A stretch of 64,000 nt of DNA, taken from Lysobacterales bacterium. Its GTDB lineage: Bacteria; Pseudomonadota; Gammaproteobacteria; Xanthomonadales; SZUA-5. Shown here piece by piece: positions 50,501 to 59,871 of this stretch; within the stretch, counting starts at the first letter, position 1, and each line of letters opens with the position of its first letter. The position numbers were made by a program, and so were the translations under genes. The stretch covers positions 32,001 to 96,000 of the forward strand of contig JALHMH010000009.1 of assembly GCA_022844165.1 (NCBI GenBank). Direction: 5' to 3'. The notes beneath the pieces were generated by a model. The model ran no database searches, was not told the DNA's origin, and saw only the letters and a program-made list of their open reading frames with translations.

Positions 50501-51331
50501 TTGCGCGCGATAGCAGCCCGTCGCATCTGCCATCCAGCGACAGGCCAAATGTCCTTCAAGCACGGCAGCGTTGTCTTTATATGCGGTCAGTGTGCCCCGC
50601 GGCGAACTCGCATGCGTGTTTTTGATCAAGCCGAACAGGCTTTGCGCCTGAGTGACACCGCCGATCGTCCACGCGGCGTTGAAGATCTTGTGCCGGCAGT
50701 GTTCAGAGTTTGCCTGCGCAAACATCATCAACTCGGCATCGGTCGCAGCACGACCTATTTCCGAATAACGTGCTGCCAGATAGTCGATCTCATCCTCGCT
50801 CAAACTCAAACCCAATGTGAGATTGGCCATCAGCAACGACTCGCGGCCGGTTGCAATGTGGCGCAGCGGACCAGGTGCCTGGGCGACCCCGGCGGCGAGT
50901 TCGGTTGCGCTAGCGACGACGCTTTGCGTCATCGGATCGTGCAACATCGCCAGCACCTGATCTTGGTCGGCAAAATCCGCGGGCCAGAGCGAGAACACGA
51001 AACGCTGCACGCGCTCAATGCGCTGTACATCGAATCCGCAACGATGCGCAATGTCAGTGGCCTTCGACGACCATGGCGAACGCGTTCCGAGGCGCGGCGT
51101 GACGAATCGACAGACCGATATCGGTTCGACTGAAGCGGCGCAAGTGCCGGGCTGCGGCGCTTCGCTGCAAAGCACCGTCTGCAATCCAGCCAGATCAACG
51201 CCATCGCCCGATACGACGAACACCTCATCGACCGCTGCGATCTGCGCATGCAATGGCGCAATGCGGCGATTCAGTCGTTCGATGCGAAACGACGACAGCG
51301 CGCGAGCGCCTTCGAGCAGATGAGTGGCCAT
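47534..51331 (-). CDS. purL: Phosphoribosylformylglycinamidine synthase (large type)
   Basis: AQANSEHCRHKIFN, KVETHNHPTAI, HDVGAGG, GVCNGCQM and MPHPER. Confidence 0.98.
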   Translation of the reverse strand: MATHLLEGARALSSFRIERLNRRIAPLHAQIAAVDEVFVVSGDGVDLAGLQTVLCSEAPQPGTCAASVEPISVCRFVTPRLGTRSPWSSKATDIAHRCGFDVQRIERVQRFVFSLWPADFADQDQVLAMLHDPMTQSVVASATELAAGVAQAPGPLRHIATGRESLLMANLTLGLSLSEDEIDYLAARYSEIGRAATDAELMMFAQANSEHCRHKIFNAAWTIGGVTQAQSLFGLIKNTHASSPRGTLTAYKDNAAVLEGHLACRWMADATGCYRAQCEPSHLAIKVETHNHPTAIAPYPGAATGAGGEIRDEGATGRGAKPKAGLTGFSTSHLRLPDSPQPWEHARPLPGHLASALRIMTEGPIGAAAFNNEFGRPCLGGYFRTFEHVELGLAYDKPIMIAGGLGAVRDGHVAKRNLQAGDALIVLGGPSMLIGLGGGAASSQQGGVGASARDFASVQRDNAEVERRCQEVIDRCIALGERNPIVSIHDVGAGGLSNALPELLHDSGVGGEIDMRRIPNDDSSMSPMQIWCNEAQERYVLAVRPADLALFGNICERERCPFAHVGEARAREHLAVRSGHDAIVDLPMDVLFGKAPKLHRVAPAYVAAVDGQGHGAERKTRVPESALPLREALLGVLRFPSVASKAFLITIGDRTVGGLSHRDQMVGPWQTPVADVAVTLADFSGHSGEAMAMGERTPLAALDARAAVRVAVAEAILNLLAAPVSRLGDIKLSANWMAAAGDAAMDSALYASVAAVSEFCMALGVSIPVGKDSLSMRARWQTESGVSQTCAPISLIVSAFAPLEDVRGTLTPEPQVGDALLVIRTTTQRRLGASVWAQTQSLDGGAAPDVEAVALIRLVDWLIANKPAFHAYHDISDGGALIAATEMAFAARAGLRVNLSDDGELFAEELGVVLAAAPTTIASLVTSAQSAGLDVTVLGTVTSEPRLQIGTSHLEMRELIGAWGEVSWRIQRERDRTETADQEYGRLCEYQTPPLIVQTSFDPEADISAPYVNRGARPRVAILREQGVNGHFEMAAAFDRAGFEAIDVHVSDLETGRHSLEGMHGLAACGGFSYGDVLGAGQGWAKGILHHARLAGHFAAFFARRNTFTLGVCNGCQMLSGLTRLIPGTEHWPRFLRNHSEQYEARLVQVEILDSPSVLLAGMAGSRLPIVVSHGEGRADWHGEPNFAAMAMRFVDGDQPAEAFPANPNGSPAGATGFTSTDGRALILMPHPERIVRRLQMSWCPSGGDVSPWQRLFWNARAFVA

Positions 51332-51448
51332 AGTCAACGCGCAGAACAACGACGGCGCGGAGCATAGACGTGCTTTGCGTCTTCGCGCGACAAACGGGTA
51401 GCGCAACGTTCATCGCACGCCTGCTCGAAGGCGGCTTTGCCTGCGGCT

Positions 51449-51489
51449 GCCCACAAAAAAAGCCGCCTCGCGGCGGCTTTTTTGTGGGC
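51449..51489. terminator. Bidirectional intrinsic terminator downstream of dsbC
   Basis: GCCCACAAAAAAAGCCGCC-TCGC-GGCGGCTTTTTTGTGGGC. Confidence 0.85.
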
Positions 51490-51500
51490 GGCGCGAGCAG

Positions 51501-52241
51501 CTACCTGGCCGCGTCCGCAGCCGCTACGGCGGCCTCTGCGGCCGTCAAACGCTGCTCCAACTGATCGGGCGTCACATAACCCGGCGCAACGTTGCCATCG
51601 GGGAAAATGATCGTCGGCGTGCCGGTCACACCCATTTGCTGGCCCAACTGCCATTGCGCCTCGATCGGGTTAACGCAGGTGGCGTTGCCCGGGTCGACAC
51701 CGTTTTTTGCTTTCGTCAGCGCACCCTGTTGGTCTTTCGAACACCATGCTGCAACCGCTTTGCGGAAGCTGTCGGTGCCCGGGCCAGACCGCGGGAACAT
51801 CAAATATTCCACCTGGATGCCACGCTCGTTGTATTCCTCCATGTGCTTGTGCAGCTCGCGGCAGTAACCGCAATCGATGTCGGTGTACACGGCAACGGTG
51901 TGTTTCACCTCGCCCTTGGGCTTGAACACGATGCGCTGGCCACTGGGTGCCTTTGCCATCAAACCACGGCGCAGGTCGGCTTTGCGCAACTCGGTCAAGT
52001 CGGTGCGCTTGGCGATATCGAACAACATGCCCTGGATCAGATGCGCACCATCGTTCGTGACATAAATCACCTGCCCGCCCAGGGTGACCTCCATCAGATT
52101 CGGCACGGCGGAAGGACGGATCGCATCGATCTTGGCATTGGGATCGATCGACTTGATCGCCGCACGCACTTTGTCGTCTTGCGCAACGACCGGCCCAATG
52201 GCCACCAGAGCGACCAGCGCCACCATGCAGTAACGAAACAT
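51501..52241 (-). CDS. dsbC: Thiol:disulfide isomerase DsbC
   Basis: Signal peptide; TDIDCGYCR and GVTGTP. Confidence 0.92.
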   Translation of the reverse strand: MFRYCMVALVALVAIGPVVAQDDKVRAAIKSIDPNAKIDAIRPSAVPNLMEVTLGGQVIYVTNDGAHLIQGMLFDIAKRTDLTELRKADLRRGLMAKAPSGQRIVFKPKGEVKHTVAVYTDIDCGYCRELHKHMEEYNERGIQVEYLMFPRSGPGTDSFRKAVAAWCSKDQQGALTKAKNGVDPGNATCVNPIEAQWQLGQQMGVTGTPTIIFPDGNVAPGYVTPDQLEQRLTAAEAAVAAADAAR

Positions 52242-52325
52242 TGACTTCTCCTGACAATAAAAAAAGACGGCCTGCAGAATGCCGTTAAGAGACCACGGAG
52301 TCGGCGGCGCGAAGAAAGTTCCCGA

Positions 52326-52988
52326 TTATCCTGCGATCTCCGAGCTGCTTGCCAGTACCTGAATCAGTACCGCCGCAAAATGGCATACGCTGCCCGCCAG
52401 AACGAATGCATGCCAGACAGTGTGAGCATACGGCCAGCGCTTGCTCAAATAGAAAACCACGCCGATGGTATAGGCCAACCCACCGGCAATTAACCACCAG
52501 ACCGCCGTACGCGGCACCAACATCATCAGCGGCTGAATAGCGACGATCACCAACCAGCCCATCGCTATGTAGATCGCCGTGGACAGACCTTTGAAGCGGC
52601 CGGCAAACCGAAGCTTAAAAACGATACCGCATAGCGCAAGCGTCCAGATGATCGCCAAGAGGCTGTAGCCCCAAGGGCCTCTCAAACTGGTCAATGTGAA
52701 CGGCGTATAGGTGCCCGCGATCAACACGTAAATCATGCAGTGATCGAAGATCTTGAGGCGCTGTTTCGCAACACCATCGTGTGCCGCGTGATAGAGCGTC
52801 GAGGCCACGTACAGGAGCAGCAATGAGGTGCCATAGATCGCAGATCCCACTATCGCATACGCATCGCCAAAGACGGCAGCAAGCGTGATCAAAACAGCGG
52901 CGGCAGCCAGCGCAATTGCTGCGCCAATGCCATGGGTCAGCGCATTAAGAACTTCATCGAGGCTGCGCTGTGGCGTCACAGGGTTCAT
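52326..52988 (-). CDS. Hemolysin III / PAQR family membrane protein
   Basis: NALTHGIG, STLYH, DHCMIYVLIAGTYTPF and HTVWHAFV. Confidence 0.93.
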   Translation of the reverse strand: MNPVTPQRSLDEVLNALTHGIGAAIALAAAAVLITLAAVFGDAYAIVGSAIYGTSLLLLYVASTLYHAAHDGVAKQRLKIFDHCMIYVLIAGTYTPFTLTSLRGPWGYSLLAIIWTLALCGIVFKLRFAGRFKGLSTAIYIAMGWLVIVAIQPLMMLVPRTAVWWLIAGGLAYTIGVVFYLSKRWPYAHTVWHAFVLAGSVCHFAAVLIQVLASSSEIAG

Positions 52989-53100
52989 AGCAGGCCACAG
53001 CAAGAAATGACGCGATAGCGTGCGCGATGTCGGCTGGAGAGGTCAAGTGCAGCCCACACAGATCACGCGTATCAAGCTGTGGCCAAATTTTGGGGCGCCC

Positions 53101-53137
53101 AAAAAAGAACGGCCGGGAATCGAATTCCCGGCCGCTC
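53101..53137 (-). terminator. Terminator of the TonB-dependent receptor gene
   Basis: Minus strand GAGCGGCCGGGAAT-TCG-ATTCCCGGCCGTTC-TTTTTT. Confidence 0.85.
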
Positions 53138-53159
53138 AAACAACAATTGCTACGTCAGC

Positions 53160-56009
53160 TTAAAAACGATAGTTGAACCGGCCAAAGAACGAGCGGCCAT
53201 ACCAGTCGTACTGCGTAGCGAACGCCGGGATGTTGCCGAACCGGGTCGAACCGACACCAGCCGAAATGTTCGGCGGATCTTTGTCGAACAGGTTCTCGAC
53301 GCCAAGCAACAGATCCCAATCGGTCGAACGGTACTGCACCGAGAAGCTGTGGTACAGGCGATCTTCTGCGGTAAAGTCATACACCGGATTGGCGTTGCCG
53401 AAGTACGTCGCCGGCGGCGTGAAGAAGAAATTCTCCGTTTCGTCGACGTAGCGCATGCCCCAGGTGTAGGTGAAGTCGCCGCGCGTCAATGCGGTACGAA
53501 TGTTGCCCACCAGCTCCGGACGGGAAATGATGCCGTTCAAATCGTTGTTTTCGAAGCCGGTTGCTTCTGCGGCATCGAACAACTGCTCAAAGTCTTCCGT
53601 CGTGTAGGTGAACTGCGCATCGGCCTCGATCTTGCCGAAGCTGAAGTCCTGCTCCCAACGCACGTTCACATCATAACCACGAACAATCTGCTGGTTGATG
53701 TTGATGAACGAATCGCGGATTTCAGTGACGTTGAACGGATTGTCTGCTGTGGCCGAAGCGCGATCGAACAAGTTACAGAACGCATTCGGGAATACCGGCA
53801 GCGCATAGCAGCTGCCGACAATCGAAGCACCGCCCAACTGGTCGATCTGATCAATGACGCGGATCTTGAAGTAATCCACGGACGCGCTAAAGCCAGCGAT
53901 CTCGGGCGTGAACACGATACCGGCCGTGAACGCTTTCGAGGTCTCAGGACGCACAACACCGAAGCCACCACCGCTGACGATGGTTGCCGAGGAGCCTGCG
54001 CCTGTGTAGTTGGCGGGAATCCCAGCTGCTTCGCAGTTACGGCGAATATTCGGGTTGTTGCTGTTGCCCCAGTCGATGCATGGGTCGATAGCCAACTGTC
54101 CAACGAAGGCAGTCTGATCTCCGAGGAACAACTCATACAAGCCCGGCGCGCGGTAGGACGTACCGTTGGTCGCGCGAAGGCGAACGGACGGGATCACCTG
54201 CCAGCCCAAACCCACCTTCCAGACTTCATCGGAATCAGCCACGGTATCGTATTTGAACAAGCGCGCCGAACTGCTGAAGGTCAGCTCCTCAATGCCAGGC
54301 AGCCCTGCCAGAAGCGGAATTTCCACTTCGCCGAACAGCTCGGAGATGTAGTCCTTGCCTTCCGTGCCAGTGGCCGAACTCTGACCCCAGAGACCGCCAG
54401 TACGTTCGATGTCGCTCGGATTGTCGTCGATCGACACACGGCGGAACTCGGTGCCGAACGCGCCTGCCGCCACGCCGGCGGGCAATTCGAACAACTCGCC
54501 CGTCACGATGCCTGTTGCGACCAACTGCGTGTAGACCGTGTTGCCCGTGTGCGTGATGCCAATGGCCGATTCCAGATCATCGATCGCAGTGCCTGACAGG
54601 AAGCGCGGATCGAAGTAATTCACTGGCGAGCCGCCGCCGTTGCGGTCGACGTTCAAATCGCCGGTGCGATCTCGATCGATACTCAGTACCGTGTAATCGC
54701 CGTCCGAGCGGGTATACGTGGTATCGAAGCGCCACGACCAGCTGGTGTCGCCAAAGCCACCGCTGAAGCCGGATGCAGCGTAGTAGTAGTCGACGTCGAT
54801 GTCCTGGTTCGAGCGGAACGGCATGATCGGCTGCACACGCGCCGGCAGGCCAGCCGCCGTTCCGGTTACAACCGGGAAGAACTGGCGAAAGCGCCTGGAA
54901 CTGGTTTCGCGATTGTTGTACAGGAATTGACCTTCCCATGCGATTTCACCGAACGTGAAATCACCCGATGTGAAGAAGCTGGTGCGTTCCTGTTCGCTGA
55001 AAATGTGCGACTGGCCGAAGAAGTCGAAGTTCAACACGTCTTCGTAGAATGCCGGGCTGGTTGCCGTGGCATTCGCGTTGCGTCGCGGGCGATAGCCGGG
55101 CAGCGGCCCGACAGTCACGCCATCGGTGGACGGCACATAGCGCACGGCCCCGGCGATAACGGTATTTGCGTAGAGGTTGTTGCAACCTTCCAGCTCCGTT
55201 CCGGCTGTAATGGAACGATCGACACGATCAAAGAAACCGCCGGCCGGGTTGCCGACCAGATCGCGCGGACACTCGAAGAAATCGCGATCGCCCACTTTCA
55301 ACGGCTCTTGCTTGTAGTACTGAAATGCAGCAACAACACTGCCGTTCTCGAAGTTCCACCCGGTCGCGCCAGATACGTTGACGCGCTCGCCACCGCCGTC
55401 GATCGGCAAAGTGGTATCGACGCTCAACTCGGTGCGATCGATCGACTTGCGGGTGATCAGATTGACCACACCAGCCACTGCGTCCGAACCGTAAATGGAA
55501 CCGCCGCCGTCCTTCAGAATTTCAGCACGCTGCAAAATCACGGTGGGAATAACGTTCAGGTCGAAGGCGCCGACCTGACCACGCGTGCCAGCCGGACCGG
55601 GGCGACGCCCGTCGAGCAGCACCAATGTGCGGTTGGCGCCAAGGCCGCGCAACGACAACGTTTGCACGCCGTTGCCGCCCTCGACCACAAAGCCAGAGAA
55701 CTGATTGCTGATCTGCGTCGAACCTGCGGCAACGTTGGTTGTCTGCAGAATGGACGTCGTGTCGAGCTGGCCAGTGGTCGCGCTGGTATTCGCAGTGATG
55801 ACCTGCACCGGCGATACCGATTGGAATTCCAGGCGCTTGATCAGCGAACCGGTCACCACCACTGTTTCCATCTTTTCGGCGGTTTCGGTTGTGTTTTCGT
55901 CTTCATCGTCAGTGTCTTGCGCATACACCGGTTGCACCAGTGAGGCGGCAAGAATTGCACCCAGGGCCAGTGCCAGGGGGTGCCGAGCTGGTAAAGCTTT
56001 GATTTTCAT
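53160..56009 (-). CDS. TonB-dependent outer membrane receptor
   Basis: Signal peptide; TonB-box-like ETVVVTGS; plug LRGLGANRTLVLLDGRR, SIYGSDAVAGVVN; C-terminal GRSFFGRFNYRF. Confidence 0.95.
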   Translation of the reverse strand: MKIKALPARHPLALALGAILAASLVQPVYAQDTDDEDENTTETAEKMETVVVTGSLIKRLEFQSVSPVQVITANTSATTGQLDTTSILQTTNVAAGSTQISNQFSGFVVEGGNGVQTLSLRGLGANRTLVLLDGRRPGPAGTRGQVGAFDLNVIPTVILQRAEILKDGGGSIYGSDAVAGVVNLITRKSIDRTELSVDTTLPIDGGGERVNVSGATGWNFENGSVVAAFQYYKQEPLKVGDRDFFECPRDLVGNPAGGFFDRVDRSITAGTELEGCNNLYANTVIAGAVRYVPSTDGVTVGPLPGYRPRRNANATATSPAFYEDVLNFDFFGQSHIFSEQERTSFFTSGDFTFGEIAWEGQFLYNNRETSSRRFRQFFPVVTGTAAGLPARVQPIMPFRSNQDIDVDYYYAASGFSGGFGDTSWSWRFDTTYTRSDGDYTVLSIDRDRTGDLNVDRNGGGSPVNYFDPRFLSGTAIDDLESAIGITHTGNTVYTQLVATGIVTGELFELPAGVAAGAFGTEFRRVSIDDNPSDIERTGGLWGQSSATGTEGKDYISELFGEVEIPLLAGLPGIEELTFSSSARLFKYDTVADSDEVWKVGLGWQVIPSVRLRATNGTSYRAPGLYELFLGDQTAFVGQLAIDPCIDWGNSNNPNIRRNCEAAGIPANYTGAGSSATIVSGGGFGVVRPETSKAFTAGIVFTPEIAGFSASVDYFKIRVIDQIDQLGGASIVGSCYALPVFPNAFCNLFDRASATADNPFNVTEIRDSFININQQIVRGYDVNVRWEQDFSFGKIEADAQFTYTTEDFEQLFDAAEATGFENNDLNGIISRPELVGNIRTALTRGDFTYTWGMRYVDETENFFFTPPATYFGNANPVYDFTAEDRLYHSFSVQYRSTDWDLLLGVENLFDKDPPNISAGVGSTRFGNIPAFATQYDWYGRSFFGRFNYRF

Positions 56010-56275
56010 ATCGGAAGTCTCGCTGCTAAACGGGTATCGCCGCGTCACAGAACTCCTTTGGACGCAGGCTTAACGCAATCGTAACACGTACCCCGTGCCA
56101 TTTGGCATACAGAGGCCGGAATGAACAGATGTTAACGGACCGCACGATCAGCTGCCGAGCGGCCTTGAAGCCATCCGCCGTGTCGGGTGCGGCCACAGAA
56201 TTGACTGGCGATCTTTGAAGAGCTTCCGGCTAGAATGATCGAAGGCAGCACATCCATTCCGAAGGTCAATCCCTT

Positions 56276-57136
56276 ATGCAAACGCTCGATCAGAACTGGT
56301 TTTCTGAGGCTCACGCCGGTTCAAACTCTGCTATCTCTTTCAAGATCAAGGGCTTGCTACATTCGGAGAAAACACCGTTCCAGACGATCGACATCTACGA
56401 GACCGTCGATTGGGGCAACCTGATGGTCATCGATGGCTGCGTCATGCTGACCACGCGCGATAACTTCCTTTATCACGAGATGATGAGTCATCCGGCGCTC
56501 TACACCCATCCGCGCGCCAAGCGCGTGGTGATCATCGGCGGCGGCGATTGCGGCACACTGCGTGAGGTGTTGAAGCACGAAGAAGTCGAAGAAGCCGTGC
56601 AATGCGACATCGACGAGCGCGTTACGCGGCTGGCGGAGCAGTATTTCCCAGAATTGTGCGACAGCAACGCCGACCCCCGCGCACGCTTGATGTTCGGCGA
56701 TGGCATCAAGTACATGGCCGAGCACGAACCCGATGCGTTGGACGTCGTCATTGTCGATTCCACCGACCCTGTCGGCCCGGCCGAAGGTCTGTTCAACCGG
56801 GCCTTTTACCAAAGCTGCCTGAGAGCCCTAAAGCCGGGCGGCATTCTGGTTCAACAGAGTGAGTCGCCATTGGTGCATTTGCCGCTCATCACAGCCATGC
56901 GCACGCAGATGAAGGGGGCCGGCTTTACGCATTTGCGCACGCTGTGCTTCCCTCAGCCGTGTTACCCGTCTGGCTGGTGGAGTTGCACCATGGCGCGCAA
57001 AGGCATCGACCTCAACAGTTTCCGCGAACGCGGCGCGGCAACCAAGAAATTCGAGACGCGCTACTACAATGTCGATATCCATCGCGGCGCATTGGCCATG
57101 CCAGAGTTCATGAAAAGCGCCTTTCCGGAAGGCTGA
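56276..57136 (+). CDS. speE: Spermidine synthase
   Basis: IIGGGDCGTLREV, DIDERV and IVDSTDPVGPAEGLF. Confidence 0.96.
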   Translation: MQTLDQNWFSEAHAGSNSAISFKIKGLLHSEKTPFQTIDIYETVDWGNLMVIDGCVMLTTRDNFLYHEMMSHPALYTHPRAKRVVIIGGGDCGTLREVLKHEEVEEAVQCDIDERVTRLAEQYFPELCDSNADPRARLMFGDGIKYMAEHEPDALDVVIVDSTDPVGPAEGLFNRAFYQSCLRALKPGGILVQQSESPLVHLPLITAMRTQMKGAGFTHLRTLCFPQPCYPSGWWSCTMARKGIDLNSFRERGAATKKFETRYYNVDIHRGALAMPEFMKSAFPEG

Positions 57137-57263
57137 GAAAAGCTGGCACCTTTGCCGGCGGCGTGAACTTTGGCTGTCTGCGCTGGTCGACATTGGCTCT
57201 TTGTCCAAATGTCCGCCGCGTATGCTCCGGCGCTTTCGCCCGCGGTCCTACCTGAGGTTGTTT

Positions 57264-58127
57264 ATGCGAATACTGATCTTATTGAGCCTGGCGATGGCCG
57301 GCGTGGCCATGGCGACAGATCCAACAACCAGCCATACGCCCAACGGCGCGGGCAATGACAGGCCGCCAACCGAAGCCCACCAGGCCAATCCATCACTGCC
57401 CACGTGGGCACCTGCCGCAATGCGGGAAGCAGAAAATTCAGCGATGCCGGGAAGAGTTGTCGCCAGAGCACCGCTCATGAGCCTGTTTCTCCCGGAGAAC
57501 TGGCGTACCGACGATGTGGTCACCACTGAGGTCGGGCCGGACGAGGCAGCGTCTTTGCATGAACTGGCGCAATCCGGCCTCGTGATCGATCTGGTCGATG
57601 GCAAGAAACGCGAGCGCCTCGTGACGTTTTTTCGCGCGCCGCTCAAGACTTACCGTGAGATGAGCAATGCTGGCAAGGGTATCGGCCGCATCGTGCTCAC
57701 CGATTCGGAGTATGCGTATGTCGCCGTGCGCGGCGACAAAGGAAAGAGCCGAAGGTTCCGCCAGCTGCGGGGCGATGTTGAGGATGTTGTCGCGACATTG
57801 GCGATTTATGACGAGCGCCGCGAACAGCTCGGGCGCCCATTGCCGGCTGGCTCGCACTTCACTGGCAAACTCAGCGATGGCAGTCCACTCAGCTTGGAAC
57901 TCGCCTCCGACGGTACCTTGGCGATGACATGGGGCGGACCCAACGGGCGAACCGCAAAAGGCCATTGGTTGCAGCGCGATTCGCAAATCCTGATGCAGTT
58001 GTTCGATGTTGAGCCAAAACCGCAGGGACCTGTCTATATGCAGTTCGACGGCGACTCGCTGATTGTGACCATGTGGGACACCCTGATCTTCGGCGAGCGT
58101 GGCATACAACTCCTGCCGGCCAGGTAA
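57264..58127 (+). CDS. Exported hypothetical protein
   Basis: Signal peptide MRILILLSLAMAGVAMA; TAATG coupling to bioH. Confidence 0.7.
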   Translation: MRILILLSLAMAGVAMATDPTTSHTPNGAGNDRPPTEAHQANPSLPTWAPAAMREAENSAMPGRVVARAPLMSLFLPENWRTDDVVTTEVGPDEAASLHELAQSGLVIDLVDGKKRERLVTFFRAPLKTYREMSNAGKGIGRIVLTDSEYAYVAVRGDKGKSRRFRQLRGDVEDVVATLAIYDERREQLGRPLPAGSHFTGKLSDGSPLSLELASDGTLAMTWGGPNGRTAKGHWLQRDSQILMQLFDVEPKPQGPVYMQFDGDSLIVTMWDTLIFGERGIQLLPAR

Positions 58128-58882
58128 TGCACCTCGACATCATCGGCAGCGGCCCACCGCTGCTGTTGATTCACGGGTGGGCAATGCACGGCGGCGTTTT
58201 TGCCCCGCTGGTGGAACGCCTGAAAGCCGACTTTCAATGCTGGCTGGTCGATCTACCCGGCCATGGATTGTCAGAAGAGCGCGCAACAGTCGATCTTGAA
58301 CAGACGGCTGAACGCTTGTTGGACCTGGTACCCGCCGGAACTCACTGGTTGGGCTGGTCATTGGGCGGGCAACTGGTGCTCGACGCGGTTTCACTCGCCC
58401 CTGAGCGCATTGCGGCGGTCATCATGATCGCCAGCTCGCCGCGTTTTGTATCAGGCGACGATTGGCCTTATGCCGTAAGCGAATCGGTGTTTGCCGGATT
58501 CGCCACAGAACTGGAGAACAACTTCCAGCGGACGATTGACCGGTTCCTCGCCCTTGAGGTGCACGGCGATGATGCTGCGCGCGAAGAACTGCGTTCGTTA
58601 CGCGACTGCATCGCAACCCGGCCGCCATCGGATCCTGCGGTGTTAAGGACCGGCCTCGAATGGCTTCGGTCGCGCGACGACCGCGCGCGCGTCGCGCGTA
58701 TCCGTTGCCCAAGCCTGTGGCTGGCCGGGCTGCGGGACCGGCTGGTGCCCGCAGCAGCGATGCGCTGGGCGGCGCAGGCATGCGGCGGCGATTTCGCCGA
58801 CTGGCCCTGCGGACATGCGCCGTTTCTGTCGCATGCCGACTCAATCGCCCATGCGATTCGTGGCTTTCTCACACGCCGATGA
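58127..58882 (+). CDS. bioH: Pimeloyl-ACP methyl ester carboxylesterase
   Basis: LIHGWAMHGGVF, GWSLGG, ASSPRF and GHAPFLSH. Confidence 0.88.
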   Translation: MHLDIIGSGPPLLLIHGWAMHGGVFAPLVERLKADFQCWLVDLPGHGLSEERATVDLEQTAERLLDLVPAGTHWLGWSLGGQLVLDAVSLAPERIAAVIMIASSPRFVSGDDWPYAVSESVFAGFATELENNFQRTIDRFLALEVHGDDAAREELRSLRDCIATRPPSDPAVLRTGLEWLRSRDDRARVARIRCPSLWLAGLRDRLVPAAAMRWAAQACGGDFADWPCGHAPFLSHADSIAHAIRGFLTRR

Positions 58883-59589
58883 TCGATATTATCGCCCGCG
58901 GGGAGGGCTGGCTGGCGGTAAACAAACCCGCCGGCCTGAGCGTTCATAGCTCCAGTTACACCGGGCCGTGCACCGCAACACTTGTCGATGAAGTCAGGCG
59001 CCAACTGAACGTGAATCGTGTCCATGCTGTCCACCGGCTCGATCACGCCACCAGTGGCGTACTGTTGCTCGCCCTGGATCCACGCACCACGGCGTTTTTC
59101 ACTGAGCAGTTCGCAACACGTCGAGTGCGCAAACGCTACCTGGCTGTTGTGCGCGGCCACACAGCGACATCCTTTGTCATCGATTCAGCCCTGTCTGGTC
59201 GCGACGGGCAAGCGCCTAAAGATGCGCGCACGTCATTCGAAACCATCGGCACACTCACCCTGCCGATTGCCGTTGGGCGATACCCAGAAGCACGCTATTC
59301 ACTGCTCGAAGCGCTGCCACACACCGGTCGGCATCACCAGATCCGCCGCCATCTGAAGCACGCCTCCCATCCGATCGTCGGCGATGTGAAATATGGCAAG
59401 GGACATCACAACCGTCTGTTCCGGCAGCATTTCGGGATCCATCGACTCTTGTTGCACGCAGTAGAACTGGGCATCGCCACACCTGAAGATGAACACACAA
59501 CGTTAATTGCGCCGGTTGATGAGCTGATGCGACGCGCAATTACGCATATGACTATGTCTGTCGATCGCATAGCGGCCAAAGTCCTCTAG
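58879..59589 (+). CDS. truC: tRNA pseudouridine synthase C-like (RluA family)
   Basis: VNKPAGLSVH, VHRLDHATSG, GRYPEARYSL and TGRHHQIRRH. Confidence 0.85.
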   Translation: MIDIIARGEGWLAVNKPAGLSVHSSSYTGPCTATLVDEVRRQLNVNRVHAVHRLDHATSGVLLLALDPRTTAFFTEQFATRRVRKRYLAVVRGHTATSFVIDSALSGRDGQAPKDARTSFETIGTLTLPIAVGRYPEARYSLLEALPHTGRHHQIRRHLKHASHPIVGDVKYGKGHHNRLFRQHFGIHRLLLHAVELGIATPEDEHTTLIAPVDELMRRAITHMTMSVDRIAAKVL

Positions 59590-59745
59590 GACATTGTTGA
59601 GAAACGCACTTCCTGTGCGTTTCTCAAGTCGCGAGTCCGGCACATGTCCGGACTCGCTCTTCATGGATCAAGCACTTACGTGCTTGACCCATGTGCGAAC
59701 CATCCATGGTTCGCGCCCGCAGGCTGTTCCTCAACAGCCTGCTAG
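59586..59745. mobile_element. CTAG-bounded MITE-like element (family B) made of five hairpins
   Basis: CTAG at both ends; imperfect terminal inverted repeats TGTTGAGAAAC / GTTCCTCAACA; five consecutive stems. Confidence 0.75.
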
Positions 59746-59753
59746 TGACCGAC

Positions 59754-59850
59754 GGGGGCGATTGAGCGCGCATCGCTTAATCGGGGATGTGGCGAGTATC
59801 CTGCCGAGCAAAGCCAACAGCGCTCGGCGGTCCGAGGCGAAGCCTCTCTA
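59754..59850 (-). repeat. Partial copy of repeat family A
   Basis: GGGGGCGATTGAGCGCGCA...AAGCCAACA..GCTCGGCGGTC.GAGGCGAAGCCTC matches 37691-37788. Confidence 0.85.
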
Positions 59851-59871
59851 AACATTAGTCGGGGGTAGTTA

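Noticed and set aside
53540-53570. ATGFEN inside the TonB-dependent receptor
   Set aside because: Internal rather than C-terminal; the protein ends in a normal terminal-Phe barrel signal.
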